64,000 bases of DNA from the NCBI GenBank assembly GCA_016718275.1, contig JADKEA010000003.1, forward strand, positions 15,651 through 79,650, written 5' to 3'. Each line of letters begins with the position of its first letter. The stretch's first letter is position 1. This DNA comes from Candidatus Villigracilis affinis. GTDB taxonomy: Bacteria > Chloroflexota > Anaerolineae > Anaerolineales > Villigracilaceae. Under the pieces are notes generated by a model, which saw nothing but the letters and a program-made list of their open reading frames with translations, did no database searches and had not been told where the DNA came from. A program made the position numbers and the translations under genes. Positions 38,849 through 48,855 of this stretch are shown here, piece after piece.

Positions 38849-40012
38849 ATGACAAACTTCAACATCATTCCCGATCGAAGAAAAAATTTCAACCGCACGA
38901 AATGGACCTGGTACAAAAAAGACATTCTGCCCATGTGGGTGGCCGATATGGATTTCCCCGCGCCGAAACCGATCCTGGATGCGCTGCACAAGGCGGTGGA
39001 TCATGGTGTGCTGGGATATGAAATTCCTGGTCTTGTCTTACAGGAAACCGTCGCCGCTCGCATGGAGCGTTTGTATTCATGGAAGGTGAAACCCGAATCG
39101 GTGCTGACTGTGACAGGCATTGTCAGTGGATTCACGGTCGCCGCCCGTGCATTTTGCTCGCCTAAAAAAGGCGTGGCGATTCAGACTCCCGTGTACAACG
39201 AATTCCATCAGGTGAAAAATAATGTCGGGATTCCGCAGCTTGATATTCCGTTCGTGAAAAATGTGGAAGGCAATCTCATCAGCTACGAGATCGATTGGGA
39301 TCTGTTCGAGAAGCGGGTAAAAAAAGCGGGAATCTTCCTGTTGTGCAATCCGCATAACCCGCTGGGGATTATTTTCTCACGCAAGGAACTCACCCGCATG
39401 GCGGAAATTTGCATCCGCAACAAGGTGTTGATCGTTTCAGATGAGATCCATTCTGAAGTGTTGTTGGATGGAAATACATTTACCCCTATGGCTAAGATAT
39501 CGTCTGAGGTTGCACAGAACACGATCACACTGGTAGCCCCGTCCAAGACTTTTAATGTGCCCGGGCTGTTCTGCGGATTTGCGATCATTCCAAACAAGGA
39601 ATTGCGCGAACGCTACGAAGCCGAAAGGAGCCATTTAAGCATGCATGTGGCGAGCATGGGGCTGCACGCCGCAAGGGCTGCTTTCTCAGGAAAATGCGAT
39701 CCCTGGCTGGCTGAATTGCAAGAATACCTGACCGCAAACCGCAATTTTATGTTGGAATATGTCACCCGCTACATGCCCGGCGTTCGCACGACGGTTCCCG
39801 CGGCAACTTATCTCGGCTGGCTGGATTTCACCCAGACAGATATCGAAGGTTCACCCTACGAATTTTTCAAAGACAAAGCCAGGGTCGCGCTCAGTGAGGG
39901 GAAGATCTTTGGAAATGAAGGCGCTGGACATGTACGCTTGAATTTCGGCACGTCACGAAATACCCTCGAGCAGGGATTGGAAAGAATGCGGAAGGCATTA
40001 TCCGCACTTTAA
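38849..40012 (+). CDS. MalY/PatB-family PLP-dependent C-S lyase (cystathionine beta-lyase-like aminotransferase class I/II).
   Basis: ILPMWVADMDFPAP...GVLGY is the typical PatB N-terminus, and the PLP lysine context is APSKTFN. 387 aa. Confidence 0.85.
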   Translation: MTNFNIIPDRRKNFNRTKWTWYKKDILPMWVADMDFPAPKPILDALHKAVDHGVLGYEIPGLVLQETVAARMERLYSWKVKPESVLTVTGIVSGFTVAARAFCSPKKGVAIQTPVYNEFHQVKNNVGIPQLDIPFVKNVEGNLISYEIDWDLFEKRVKKAGIFLLCNPHNPLGIIFSRKELTRMAEICIRNKVLIVSDEIHSEVLLDGNTFTPMAKISSEVAQNTITLVAPSKTFNVPGLFCGFAIIPNKELRERYEAERSHLSMHVASMGLHAARAAFSGKCDPWLAELQEYLTANRNFMLEYVTRYMPGVRTTVPAATYLGWLDFTQTDIEGSPYEFFKDKARVALSEGKIFGNEGAGHVRLNFGTSRNTLEQGLERMRKALSAL

Positions 40013-40019
40013 ACAAAAA

Positions 40020-40060
40020 GACGGGCAGGGAATACCTGCCCGTCGACATTCTTTATTTCT
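40020..40060 (+). terminator. Rho-independent terminator.
   Basis: gacgggcagg-gaata-cctgcccgtc, then a T-rich tail. Confidence 0.75.
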
Positions 40061-40260
40061 GTTGTATAGGAAAGGCGCGAATTTGCAACCGTTATATCGT
40101 TAGGGGAACGTCTGGTGTTCAAGTTGGATCTTGAACCAGGTCAAAGCATTTCGACCTTTCCATTTTCAAATAGTTCAGGTGGTATATCTATCGCGACCTC
40201 CTTTCTTGTTTATGCTGATAGCATACAACAAGACGAGACCCGATACATTAAAAAATCCTG

Positions 40261-40809
40261 TTATTTTTGAAAGAAGTCGCGTAGATTAATATCAGTCTTG
40301 GGAGTCCAATATTTCATTTCCATGTGTATTGGATAAAGCGGAAGCAAGTTTGCTCCGTAACCTTTCCCTGCATGCTGGGTCATCAGCCTGCGTGCGCGGC
40401 TCAGAGTTTCGCGATCCATCGTTAATGGAAGCGTTAGGATCTCTTCAACAGGTTCGGGGAATTTCCCCGCTGTGATCTTCTTGAGTGTGTTGAATTGATA
40501 TTGCCATGCGTCCAGTTCGCCATAAATGGAGAGCGCGGTGCGCCATCCCTGCTGCAGGTGTCTGATCTCGTGAATGAGCAGCACCCATGCATTGGGATTG
40601 GCAAGTGACGACTCGGGGGAAAAGTAAACCGAATTCAAGTAGGCATGCTTTGTGATCGTCCAAAATGCGCCTACGCTTTTTCGTGCAGGTTTAATTCCGA
40701 TCGTAATTTTGTTCGTGCGAATATATTTCACAGCGTCCTTCCCCTCGCTGCAACAATTAGATATCGTTTCCAGAAACTTTTCACGCCATTCAAACTTGTC
40801 CATGTTCAT
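40261..40809 (-). CDS. Hypothetical protein with an HExxH motif (putative zinc metallopeptidase-like).
   Basis: 182-aa ORF containing LLIHEIRHLQQG. The start overlaps the upstream stop (ATGA). Confidence 0.6.
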   Translation of the reverse strand: MNMDKFEWREKFLETISNCCSEGKDAVKYIRTNKITIGIKPARKSVGAFWTITKHAYLNSVYFSPESSLANPNAWVLLIHEIRHLQQGWRTALSIYGELDAWQYQFNTLKKITAGKFPEPVEEILTLPLTMDRETLSRARRLMTQHAGKGYGANLLPLYPIHMEMKYWTPKTDINLRDFFQK

Positions 40810-41292
40810 TTCAAAGCTTTGTCGATCAAGCCTCGCAGGTATCCCACCACAGGCGCCATGCCTGAGTCTGGCAGGCTGATGTCGTTCAGTTGAATTGTCA
40901 AAGTTGAATCGCTTCCCTGTATTTCCAAGTCATATACAAAGCAATCGGCGCAGACCATTCCTTCGGGTCCGCTGGGGGAGATGTATTCAGAGGTTGAGAT
41001 CACTTCCACCAACTTCGCGAGTTCATTGGCTCCCAACTCGCCAGAGAAGGTCTGGCTTGCGCGCTCGTCTGTCACAGTGTATTTTCCGTCAGCGGATACT
41101 TCAACCGAGCGCAACAAGCCCATGATGCCACCCGAATGTGTCATCTTGATTTTCCAGTCGCCGCTTAGGATGGGCAGGCTGGTGGAGGTGGGGTGTCTCT
41201 GTCTCTGCGTTGGGATAAGCGGCAGTAGATTGAGCACAGCCCATAAGAAGCAAAATAATAAAAAGGGAACCGATAAAATATTTTCGTAACAT
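40806..41292 (-). pseudogene. Lipoprotein of unknown function, frame-disrupted in the G4 run at 41190-41193.
   Basis: ORF 41101..41292 encodes MLRKYFIGSLFIILLLMGCAQS (lipobox). Removing one C from gagacaCCCCacc joins it to ORF 40806..41237: ...ETPTSTSLPILSGDWKIKMTHSGG... Confidence 0.6.
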
Positions 41293-41437
41293 TCTTCTCT
41301 CCTTGGCGGCGCAATAAAAACGTCTTTTTATCTGTAATGATTTGAAGAAATTGTTTGTCTATCAGACGAGCGATACTATACTTTGTTCCCCCGATTTTCG
41401 ATAGTTCCTGATAGTGCAATGCGGTAGAATTTGATAT

Positions 41438-42587
41438 ATGAGAAAAATAGCCGTCCTTGGAATTGGTCAAACCAAAATAGATGAACATTGGGAAAATCCC
41501 TGCGCGAGATCGCGGGTGATGCCGCCTTTGCCGCCATGCAGGATGCCGTGTGGAAAAAGTCGATGCGCTTTTTGTGGGCAACATGCTTTCGCCTCTCATT
41601 AATGGTCAAAATCAACTCGGCGCCTACCTTGCGGATTGGATCGGATTGTGGAAACAGGAAGCCGTAAAGATCGAAGCGGCCTGCGGATCAGGGGCCGCCG
41701 CGTTTCGTGCCGCGCTGATGGCTGTTGCCTCCGGTGACATAGAATCGGCGCTGGTAGTGGGTGTCGAAAAGATGACCGACAAGGCTGGCCGCGATGTCAC
41801 CGCCGCCCTGGCCACCGCCGCCGATGCAGATTATGAAGTGGAACAAGGCATTTCCTTTGTGGGAATCAATGCGTTGGTCATGCGCCGCTACATGCACGAA
41901 TTCGGTTGGAAACACGAAGACTTCGCCCAATTTTCGATCAATGCCCATGCTAATGCCATGCATAATCCATATGCGCGTTTGCATGAAAAAATATCCGTGG
42001 AGAAGTTCGAGAAATCCTCCATGGTGGCAACGCCCATCAATTTGCTGGATGCCTCCCCGATCGGAGATGGCGCAGCGGCAATGGTGATCGTCCCTGCGGA
42101 TAAAGTGATGAGAAAACCGCGCGTTGTTGTCGCAGCTTCGGCTGTGGCGACGGATACGATCGCGGTCCACTCACGCAAAGACCCCATGTTTTTGCAGGCT
42201 GCGTATGCTTCATCAAAACATGCTTACGAAATGGCTGGTGTCACTCCGAAAGATATTGATGTGTTTGAACTTCATGATGCATTCTCAATCATGGCAGCGC
42301 TTTCGTTGGAAGCCAGCGGATTTGCAGAAAGGGGTCAGGGGGTGAAACTTGCCCTCGATAACGAGATCAGCCCCAAGGGTCGTGTGCCCGTCTGCACTCG
42401 CGGCGGATTGAAAGCCCGTGGACATCCAGTTGGCGCAACGGGTGTTTATCAACTTGTGGAGGTTGTCCAGCAATTGCGCGGCGAGTGTGGACAAACCCAG
42501 GTAGCCGATGCAAAGATCGGCATGGCGCAAAATATTGGCGGCTCAGGGGCCACCATTCTGACTCATATTTTGAGGAATGATACTTAA
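41438..42587 (+). pseudogene. Thiolase-domain protein (acetyl-CoA acetyltransferase-like, archaeal-type), with two 1-nt deletions in the 5' end.
   Basis: ATG 41438 gives MRKIAVLGIGQTKIDEHWE. The frame is lost in the A4 run at 41492-41495 and again near 41548. Restoring one base at each site gives ...HWEKSLREIAGDAAFAAMQDAGVEKVDALFVGNML..., continuous with ORF 41550..42587, which contains the catalytic Cys context EAACGSGAAA. Confidence 0.75.
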
Positions 42588-42667
42588 GTCCGATTGATTC
42601 CTTCCTTGTATTGGTATATACTGATTTCGCCTTATTGTTTCTTTGATTATTGTTAAGGAGGCTTACA

Positions 42668-43054
42668 ATGGAAACGGAACAACGTAATCTGGCGCGAAGG
42701 AATTTTTCCTACTATATGCGTGTCAAGGAAGAGTCCAGTGGAAAAGTGATCGGACACATTGCGGATATCAGCACGGGTGGATTTCGAATTGACAGCACCC
42801 AGAGCATTCCGCTCAATGTGGATCTTCGTCTTTACATCGATCAAATTGGCGAGATATCGAACAAAACATATATCCTTCTCAAAGCCCGCCCAATGTGGTG
42901 CAGGCCTGATCAATTCGATCCCAACATGTTTAATATTGGCTTTAAGCTAATCGATATTACTCCTGTTGACCGTGAGGTATATCTGAAAATGTATGATACT
43001 TATGGAGATAAGACGCCTCCAAAGACAGGTGAATTGAAATTTCCACCTGAGTGA
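42668..43054 (+). CDS. PilZ domain protein.
   Basis: The RRNFSY...DISTGGFRI pattern (RxxxR ... D/NxSxxG) is present, with AAGGAGG upstream of ATG 42668. Confidence 0.75.
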   Translation: METEQRNLARRNFSYYMRVKEESSGKVIGHIADISTGGFRIDSTQSIPLNVDLRLYIDQIGEISNKTYILLKARPMWCRPDQFDPNMFNIGFKLIDITPVDREVYLKMYDTYGDKTPPKTGELKFPPE

Positions 43055-43068
43055 GTTTGGATTAAAAA

Positions 43069-43099
43069 AGAAACCCTGTGAGAGCGGGGTTTCTTTTTT
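43069..43099 (+). terminator. Rho-independent terminator.
   Basis: gaaaccc-tgtgagagcg-gggtttc followed by tttttt. Confidence 0.8.
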
Positions 43100-43141
43100 A
43101 ATCCTTTGGCGGGAGCAATGGAAAGCGTGTAAAATTAACCC

Positions 43142-43816
43142 ATGAGAAATTTCCTGCGCTGGTTGATTCCCTTTGTTTTAAATTCATTTACTAAAATTAA
43201 GATCAGCGGGTATGAAAACCTTCCTGAAAAAGGAGGGTTTGTCATTGCTGTCAATCATCTCGGCTTTTTAGATGCCCCTATGGCATATTATGCGCTGGAT
43301 AACTGGAATCTATTTATCCCCGTTGCCGAGAAATGGGAGGAGAATCCGCTTTGGCGATTTTTGGGGAAACATCTTAATTTCATCTTTATCGACCGATTCA
43401 ACCCGGACTTGAAAGCCATGCGTGAAATCTGGAATCGGATGGCTGACGGGCAGACCCTGGTAATTGCTCCCGAAGGTACGCGTGCCCGCGATGAAAAGAT
43501 GGCGCAGGGCAGGCCTGGCGTAGCCTATCTTGCCTCCAAAAAAGGGTGGCAGATCGTGCCGGTCGCGATCGCAGGGACAGAGGATCGCATTGTGCTATCC
43601 AACCTAAAACGATTTCGCCGCACGGAGATCCACCTGACTGCGGGCAAGCCATTTACACTGCCGCCATTCCCTAGGGAAAACCGTGACGAAATTTTGCAAG
43701 AATATGCCGATGAAGTCATGTGCCGCATCGCGGCGATGCTGCCAGAAAAGAACCGCGGCTATTATGCCGAACATCCAAAACTAAAGGAATTGCTAAGCGG
43801 TACAATAAACCCATGA
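43142..43816 (+). CDS. plsC: 1-acyl-sn-glycerol-3-phosphate acyltransferase family protein (paralogue 1).
   Basis: HX4D motif NHLGFLD plus APEGTR. 224 aa. Confidence 0.8.
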   Translation: MRNFLRWLIPFVLNSFTKIKISGYENLPEKGGFVIAVNHLGFLDAPMAYYALDNWNLFIPVAEKWEENPLWRFLGKHLNFIFIDRFNPDLKAMREIWNRMADGQTLVIAPEGTRARDEKMAQGRPGVAYLASKKGWQIVPVAIAGTEDRIVLSNLKRFRRTEIHLTAGKPFTLPPFPRENRDEILQEYADEVMCRIAAMLPEKNRGYYAEHPKLKELLSGTINP

Positions 43817-44490
43817 AATTTAAAACTCTTCGCTCCATTGTCCGCTTTGTTATGAACATCATTGCCGATGTGGAGGTGGTTGGGCTGGAAAAACTTCCGC
43901 AGGGAAATGTTTTGATCGCAGCCAACCACTTGGGCCGCCTCGATACAGCTGTTTTGTTATATATCCTTGACCGCGAGGATATCATTATGGCCGTGGCCGA
44001 GAAGTACAAGGACCATCCGATCTTTGGTGCGATCGGCCGTGCAGCAAATGCCATCTGGCTTAATCGTTTCGAGGCGGATTTCGCAGCATTGCGTGAAATT
44101 TTGGCACGTATGCAAAAAGGCGGTTTGATGGTCATTGCCCCTGAAGGGACACGTTCAAAGACCGCATCCATGCAGGAAGGAAAACTTGGCGTTGCCTTTT
44201 TGGCAAGCAAGAGCGGATACCCCGTCATACCCGTTGCGCTTACGGGAACAGAAGATAGCGGTGTGGTAGCCAACTTGAAACGCTTGCGTCGTTCGAAGAT
44301 AAAGGTCGTGGCTGGAGATGCGTTTCAAATTGAGATCCCCAAGGGCAGTGGTCGCGAACAAGCCATGCGCGAAGCCACAGATGAGATCATGTGTCGCATC
44401 GCTGTAGAGTTGCCAGAAAGTTACCGTGGCTTTTACTCCGGGCATCCAAGATTGAATGAGCTTCTGCAAAATAAAAAAGCAAAACAATAA
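43813..44490 (+). CDS. plsC: 1-acyl-sn-glycerol-3-phosphate acyltransferase family protein (paralogue 2).
   Basis: NHLGRLD and APEGTRS motifs. ATG 43813 overlaps the upstream TGA (ATGA). It is collinear with and similar to paralogue 1. Confidence 0.8.
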   Translation: MKFKTLRSIVRFVMNIIADVEVVGLEKLPQGNVLIAANHLGRLDTAVLLYILDREDIIMAVAEKYKDHPIFGAIGRAANAIWLNRFEADFAALREILARMQKGGLMVIAPEGTRSKTASMQEGKLGVAFLASKSGYPVIPVALTGTEDSGVVANLKRLRRSKIKVVAGDAFQIEIPKGSGREQAMREATDEIMCRIAVELPESYRGFYSGHPRLNELLQNKKAKQ

Positions 44491-44540
44491 TCATGAGACT
44501 CTCCTCTTTTTGGAGAGTTTTTTTATCTGAAAAAGGGAAT

Positions 44541-45467
44541 ATGAAACCAATAATGCGATCTTTTCAAACTGAAGAAGACTACTGGCGCATCCGTCAATTT
44601 CTGCGCCAGGTGTCCCTGCTCAATGACCGCCATGATTTTTCCTGGTCTCTTTTACGCTGGGATTACTGGCGCTGGCATGTCAACGAAAATATTTTTCACT
44701 TCAACTTACAGGACGTGATCACGCCTTGGGAGGAGAATGGGCAGATCGTCGCAGTACTCAACCCCGATGGTAGTGGCGAAGCGTTTTTTCAAATCCATCC
44801 CGCTTTTAAGAACGATGGGCTACTCTCCGAGATGTTGAATGTCGCCGAGCAAAAACTTCCCAACCTCAAAGAAGATGGGAAGAAGGAATTGATCGTATGG
44901 GTGAATGCGGCTGACGAATCGACGAAACAACTTTTTGCACAACGTGGATATTCCCGCTCGAAGTTTTTAGCCGAACATATGCGCCGCCGTTTCTTCACCC
45001 AGCCGATACCTGATTCTGTTTCTCAAAACGGATACGCCGTTCGAGCCTTGGGTGACGAGAGCGAATTACCCGCACGCAGTTGGCTTTCGTGGAAGGTTTT
45101 TCATCCCGATGAGCCCGATGACAAGTATCAAGGCTGGGAATGGTACAGAAATGTTCAGCGTGTTCCTATTTATCGCCGCGACCTTGATATCGTGGCTGTT
45201 GCGCCCGATGGAGAACTTGCCGCATTCTGTACGGTCTGGTTCGACGACATTACAAGGACTGCGGTCTTTGAACCTGTAGGTACACATCCCAATCACCAAA
45301 AACGCGGACTTGGAAAAATGGTCATGAGTGAAGGGTTGCGCCGCGCGCACAAACTTGGCGCAACCCTTGCAACGGTCAGTTCTTATTCACCTGCTGCGTA
45401 TGCGTTGTATGATTCGATGGGTTTCAAGGAATTTGATCTGCTCGAACCGTGGGTCAAAGAATGGTAG
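44541..45467 (+). CDS. GNAT family N-acetyltransferase (two-domain type).
   Basis: HQKRGLGKMVM acetyl-CoA motif near the C-terminus. ATG 44541 is preferred, and 44493 is possible. Confidence 0.7.
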   Translation: MKPIMRSFQTEEDYWRIRQFLRQVSLLNDRHDFSWSLLRWDYWRWHVNENIFHFNLQDVITPWEENGQIVAVLNPDGSGEAFFQIHPAFKNDGLLSEMLNVAEQKLPNLKEDGKKELIVWVNAADESTKQLFAQRGYSRSKFLAEHMRRRFFTQPIPDSVSQNGYAVRALGDESELPARSWLSWKVFHPDEPDDKYQGWEWYRNVQRVPIYRRDLDIVAVAPDGELAAFCTVWFDDITRTAVFEPVGTHPNHQKRGLGKMVMSEGLRRAHKLGATLATVSSYSPAAYALYDSMGFKEFDLLEPWVKEW

Positions 45468-45484
45468 GCTGGTCAAAATTAAGC

Positions 45485-45530
45485 AAAAAGCCGACTTCCA
45501 ATGAGTTTCCTCATTTTCAGTCGGCTTTTT
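45485..45530. terminator. Bidirectional terminator.
   Basis: aaaaagccgact ... agtcggcttttt, a 12-bp stem with a 22-nt loop. Confidence 0.7.
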
Positions 45531-45546
45531 GCCACTTGCTCAAGTG

Positions 45547-45620
45547 CGGTCCCGACGGGATTCGAACCCGCGATCTCGGCCTTGACAGGGCCGCATGTTA
45601 GGCCGCTACACCACGGGACC
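45547..45620 (-). tRNA. tRNA-Asp (anticodon GTC).
   Basis: The reverse complement is GGTCCCGTGGTGTAGCGGCCTAACATGCGGCCCTGTCAAGGCCGAGATCGCGGGTTCGAATCCCGTCGGGACCG. It folds as a cloverleaf with a 7-bp acceptor stem, anticodon loop CTGTCAA and T-loop GGTTCGAATCC. No CCA is encoded. Confidence 0.93.
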
Positions 45621-45664
45621 AATTAGTTAAGCGGGCGATAGTTTACCATGAGGGTATGGCGATG

Positions 45665-46799
45665 TCAATACGCTCCGCCAGTATAAAGTGCCGGGTCTGT
45701 AGGGGTCAGACCAGTCCGATCATGGACGTAGACCCAATCTCCAACCGTTGCCCAATTAAAGAGCCAATGTGAATCGCCGACAGATAGATTGATACACCCG
45801 TGAGATTGAGGATACCCAAAACGTGTGCGCCAGTAGGCGCCATGTAGTGCGCGTGCTCCGTCAAAGTACATAGTCCATGGAACGTTATCGAGATAATAGA
45901 AATCTGTCATATCGTTGTTTCGCATTGTTTCGGTTTCTTTTTTCTCGAAGATCTGGAAAATCCCAGGGCGTGTCCAAAATGGTTCAAGCCCGCTGGCGAT
46001 GACGGTGGCGAAGATGAGTTGATTATTTTCGTAGACAGCGAGAGTCTGCTCAGCGAGGTCAACATCGATCCAGCGATTGGCTGTGACCCCTTGTGGGATG
46101 GTTGTGTTTACGATGACACGCGCCACTTTGCGGCCTTCCAGCCACTGATCGGGACCGATCATGTACCATTCTTCGTTGTCCATGATCTGTGTGTTATAGA
46201 TGGTTACAACTTCAAAAGGCATGACCTGACGACCAGTTTGTGCTGCATTGTAGCCTGGAGATTTCATGATAGGGAGAAGTTCAAACGCCCAGCCGAAGGA
46301 GTTTTTTGGCGTCGAAGTGAAGACAAGCCCTTGAAAACTTGAGATTTCACCGACGCGCGCCTTTACCAGGAATCCAGCCTCCATTTGGCATCAAATAGTA
46401 CACGCCGTTTTGCTCTACACGATCGATATAGGAAACGTAAACGAAGCCTGGGGGAAATTGCTGTCCGCCAGGGCCTTTTTCGCCAGGTGCGCCATAGATC
46501 GGCACGTAGTCTTCGTCAAGGTGGAAATAAAAATAGGGGAGCTGAGTCAGGCTCGGGTCAGGTTTTGAAGCGGGGAGTGGTCGAGGTGGTATTGTAATCC
46601 CGAGGCGTGCAAGCTCGGTCAAGTAGGCAGAAGGTCCAAAAGGTTGGCAATTGTCGGGTTCTGAGAGGTAAACGCCGGGTTCACACACGATCCCGCCGCT
46701 TTCTGGCTCAGCGGGTGGCGTTTGCTCCTGTGCGTATGCAGATTGTGACATTGCAAGGAAGATATATGAGATAAAAAGGAGTTTGCCAATTTGCTTCAT
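45665..46799 (-). pseudogene. L,D-transpeptidase (YkuD domain) with signal peptide; a frame break lies near 46350-46385.
   Basis: ORF 46347..46799 carries the signal peptide (MKQIGKLLFISYIFLAMSQSAYA) and N-terminal domain. ORF 45665..46384 carries the YkuD catalytic motif SHGCINL. The two overlap out of frame (...GGWIPGKGAR / VGEISSFQGL...). Confidence 0.65.
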
Positions 46800-46952
46800 G
46801 ACAGGAAATTATAGCATGTGTAGTTTGCTGTTTTGTAAGGATGTAAGTTGCTGAACTTGACACAATGAATGCCATGTTCTAAAATAGTGCCACTATTATA
46901 TTGAAGTCGGCATCCCACACAATTGGGTGTTCGCTCCCTGTAGGAGGGCTGT

Positions 46953-47324
46953 TTGTCTAAAAATCGTTCGCAACAAATGGTAGATCGCCTGCGAGAATTG
47001 CAGGCTTCATCACCTGATATTGAAGCATCGGCAGTGGTTAGTGTTGATGGCCTGAGTATTGCATCTGCTCTTCCGCAAGGTGTTGAAGAGGATCGTGTCT
47101 CTGCCATGTCTGCGGCCATGCTTTCATTGGGTGAGCGTATTGCAAGTGAGCTAGGACGTGGTTCCCTCGAGCAGGTTTACATTAAAGGCTTGAAGGGGTA
47201 TGTTGTTTTGATGTCTGTCGGTGATGAAGCTGTCCTCACTGCACTGGCACGCGAACAGGCCAAACTTGGCCTGATCTTCCTTGATATGCGACGCGCCGCC
47301 GAAGATCTGGCGAAGTTGATTTAG
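46953..47324 (+). CDS. Roadblock/LC7 (MglB-like) domain protein.
   Basis: 123 aa. The pattern ...IEASAVVSVDGLSIASAL...SAMSAAMLSLGERIA...YVVLMSVGDEAVL is typical of the family. TTG start. Confidence 0.75.
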   Translation: MSKNRSQQMVDRLRELQASSPDIEASAVVSVDGLSIASALPQGVEEDRVSAMSAAMLSLGERIASELGRGSLEQVYIKGLKGYVVLMSVGDEAVLTALAREQAKLGLIFLDMRRAAEDLAKLI

Positions 47325-47336
47325 TGGAGTTGTTAT

Positions 47337-47973
47337 ATGGCCCCCTTGCAAAAAAGCGGATTGTATTACCCCAATAAGTTTGGCATGATCACCATCAAGT
47401 CTTTGGAAGAAGTGATGGGCAAGAATGGTTTGAACGCCATTTTGAATTTAGCAGGCATGAATAACTATATCGAGAATTACCCTCCGGATAACCTGGATAA
47501 GGGTTTCGATTTTGCTGAACTTTCGGCGATCGGCTCTGCTTTGGAGGAGATGTATGGCCCACGCGGTGGACGTGGTTTAGCCCTTCGAGCTGGACGTGCC
47601 ACTTTTTCAGACGCATTGCGCAATTTTGGTGCTTTGGCCGGTGCAGCGGATTTAGCCTTTGTAGTACTTCCGCTTCAATCCAAGCTGAGAATTGGTCTGC
47701 CCGCTTTTGCAAAAATTTTCAGCCAATTAAGCGACCAGCAAACCACTGTTGAAGAGAAAGATTCGGAATGGATATGGACAATCCATAAGTGCCCATGTTG
47801 TTGGGGGCGTACAGGCGCGGATAAACCCGTTTGTTTCATTTCGGCTGGATTGTTGCAAGAAAGCCTCAAGTGGGTTTCCTGGTGGCAATGAATTCCGTGT
47901 CAATGAATCCAAGTGTGTTGCAATCGGTGACACTGTTTGTGAGTTCATCGTTCAAAAAGAACCAATTTCATAA
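47337..47973 (+). pseudogene. V4R (4-vinyl reductase) domain protein, frame-disrupted (+1 nt) near 47878-47883.
   Basis: The sequence HKCPCCWGR...PVCFISAGLLQESLKWVS then shifts. Removing one base from tcctggtggc continues it as GGNEFRVNESKCVAIGDTVCEFIVQKEPIS (ORF 47749..47973). Confidence 0.65.
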
Positions 47974-47992
47974 CTCATAGTGAAGGTCTGGC

Positions 47993-48847
47993 GTGACAGA
48001 CATTAAGTCCAAAATTCTCATCATTGAAGACGACCTTGACGTGGCTGAAATGCTGAACGCCTATTTCCGCGTTCAAGGCTATGACGTGTTTACCGTTAAT
48101 TGGGGTGAAGACGGAGTCCGTTCCTGCCAAACCATCCATCCAGACCTTGTGATTCTTGATATCCGCCTTCCTGATATTGATGGATATGAAGTAGCCCGTC
48201 GCCTGCGTGGTGACCGCCGTACCTCTGAAGTCCCCATTATCTTCTTAACTGAAAAACGTGACCGTTCAGATCGCCTACAAGGGCTGGAGATTGGCGCGGA
48301 CGATTACATTACCAAGCCTTTCGACGTTCAGGAATTACGCCTGCGCGTGCGCAATGCGCTCAAGCGTGTCAGTCAGGGTTCGTTGACCAACCCGGTGACT
48401 GGCCTGCCCGAAGGCGCCTTGGTGGATGAAAAACTCTCGGAAGTGGTCGGTAAGGACGGCATTGCTGCGTTATTTGTCTCCATCGAGAATATGGATTCCT
48501 TCCGCGAGGCTTATGGGTTTGTCGCGTCGGATGATGTGTTGCGCGCGATCAGTTTGATGATCGTGAACACGATGCGGGAAACCAGCCGCCCTGAAGATTT
48601 TCTAGGTCACGTAACCACAACTGATTTTATTCTCGTCATTCCGCCCTCTAACCTGGCAGCCTTGAGCGAAAAGCTTCGTGCCCGCCTTGAGCAGTCTGTG
48701 GAGTATTTCTACCCGATCAAAGACCGCGAGCAAATGGTCAATAGCAAGAACCGGCTTGGGGTGAAACTGGCTGAGCTCTCGTCGCTAAAAGACAAATTTG
48801 CCGATGCAAATCAAGTCAAAGCGGAGCTTGTTCGGCTTAAGAAATAG
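47993..48847 (+). CDS. Response regulator: receiver domain plus degenerate GGDEF-like output domain.
   Basis: REC region ILIIEDD...LDIRLPDIDG...KPF. The C-terminal nucleotide-cyclase-like fold has GHVTTTDFILV where RxGGDEF is expected. GTG start. Confidence 0.8.
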   Translation: MTDIKSKILIIEDDLDVAEMLNAYFRVQGYDVFTVNWGEDGVRSCQTIHPDLVILDIRLPDIDGYEVARRLRGDRRTSEVPIIFLTEKRDRSDRLQGLEIGADDYITKPFDVQELRLRVRNALKRVSQGSLTNPVTGLPEGALVDEKLSEVVGKDGIAALFVSIENMDSFREAYGFVASDDVLRAISLMIVNTMRETSRPEDFLGHVTTTDFILVIPPSNLAALSEKLRARLEQSVEYFYPIKDREQMVNSKNRLGVKLAELSSLKDKFADANQVKAELVRLKK

Positions 48848-48855
48848 GAGTTTGT

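Noticed and set aside
40100-40175. Imperfect hairpin ctggtgttcaag-ttggat-cttgaaccag in the 250-nt gap after the C-S lyase gene.
   Set aside because: It has a bulged stem, no U tract and no recognisable ncRNA signature. There is too little evidence to call a feature.
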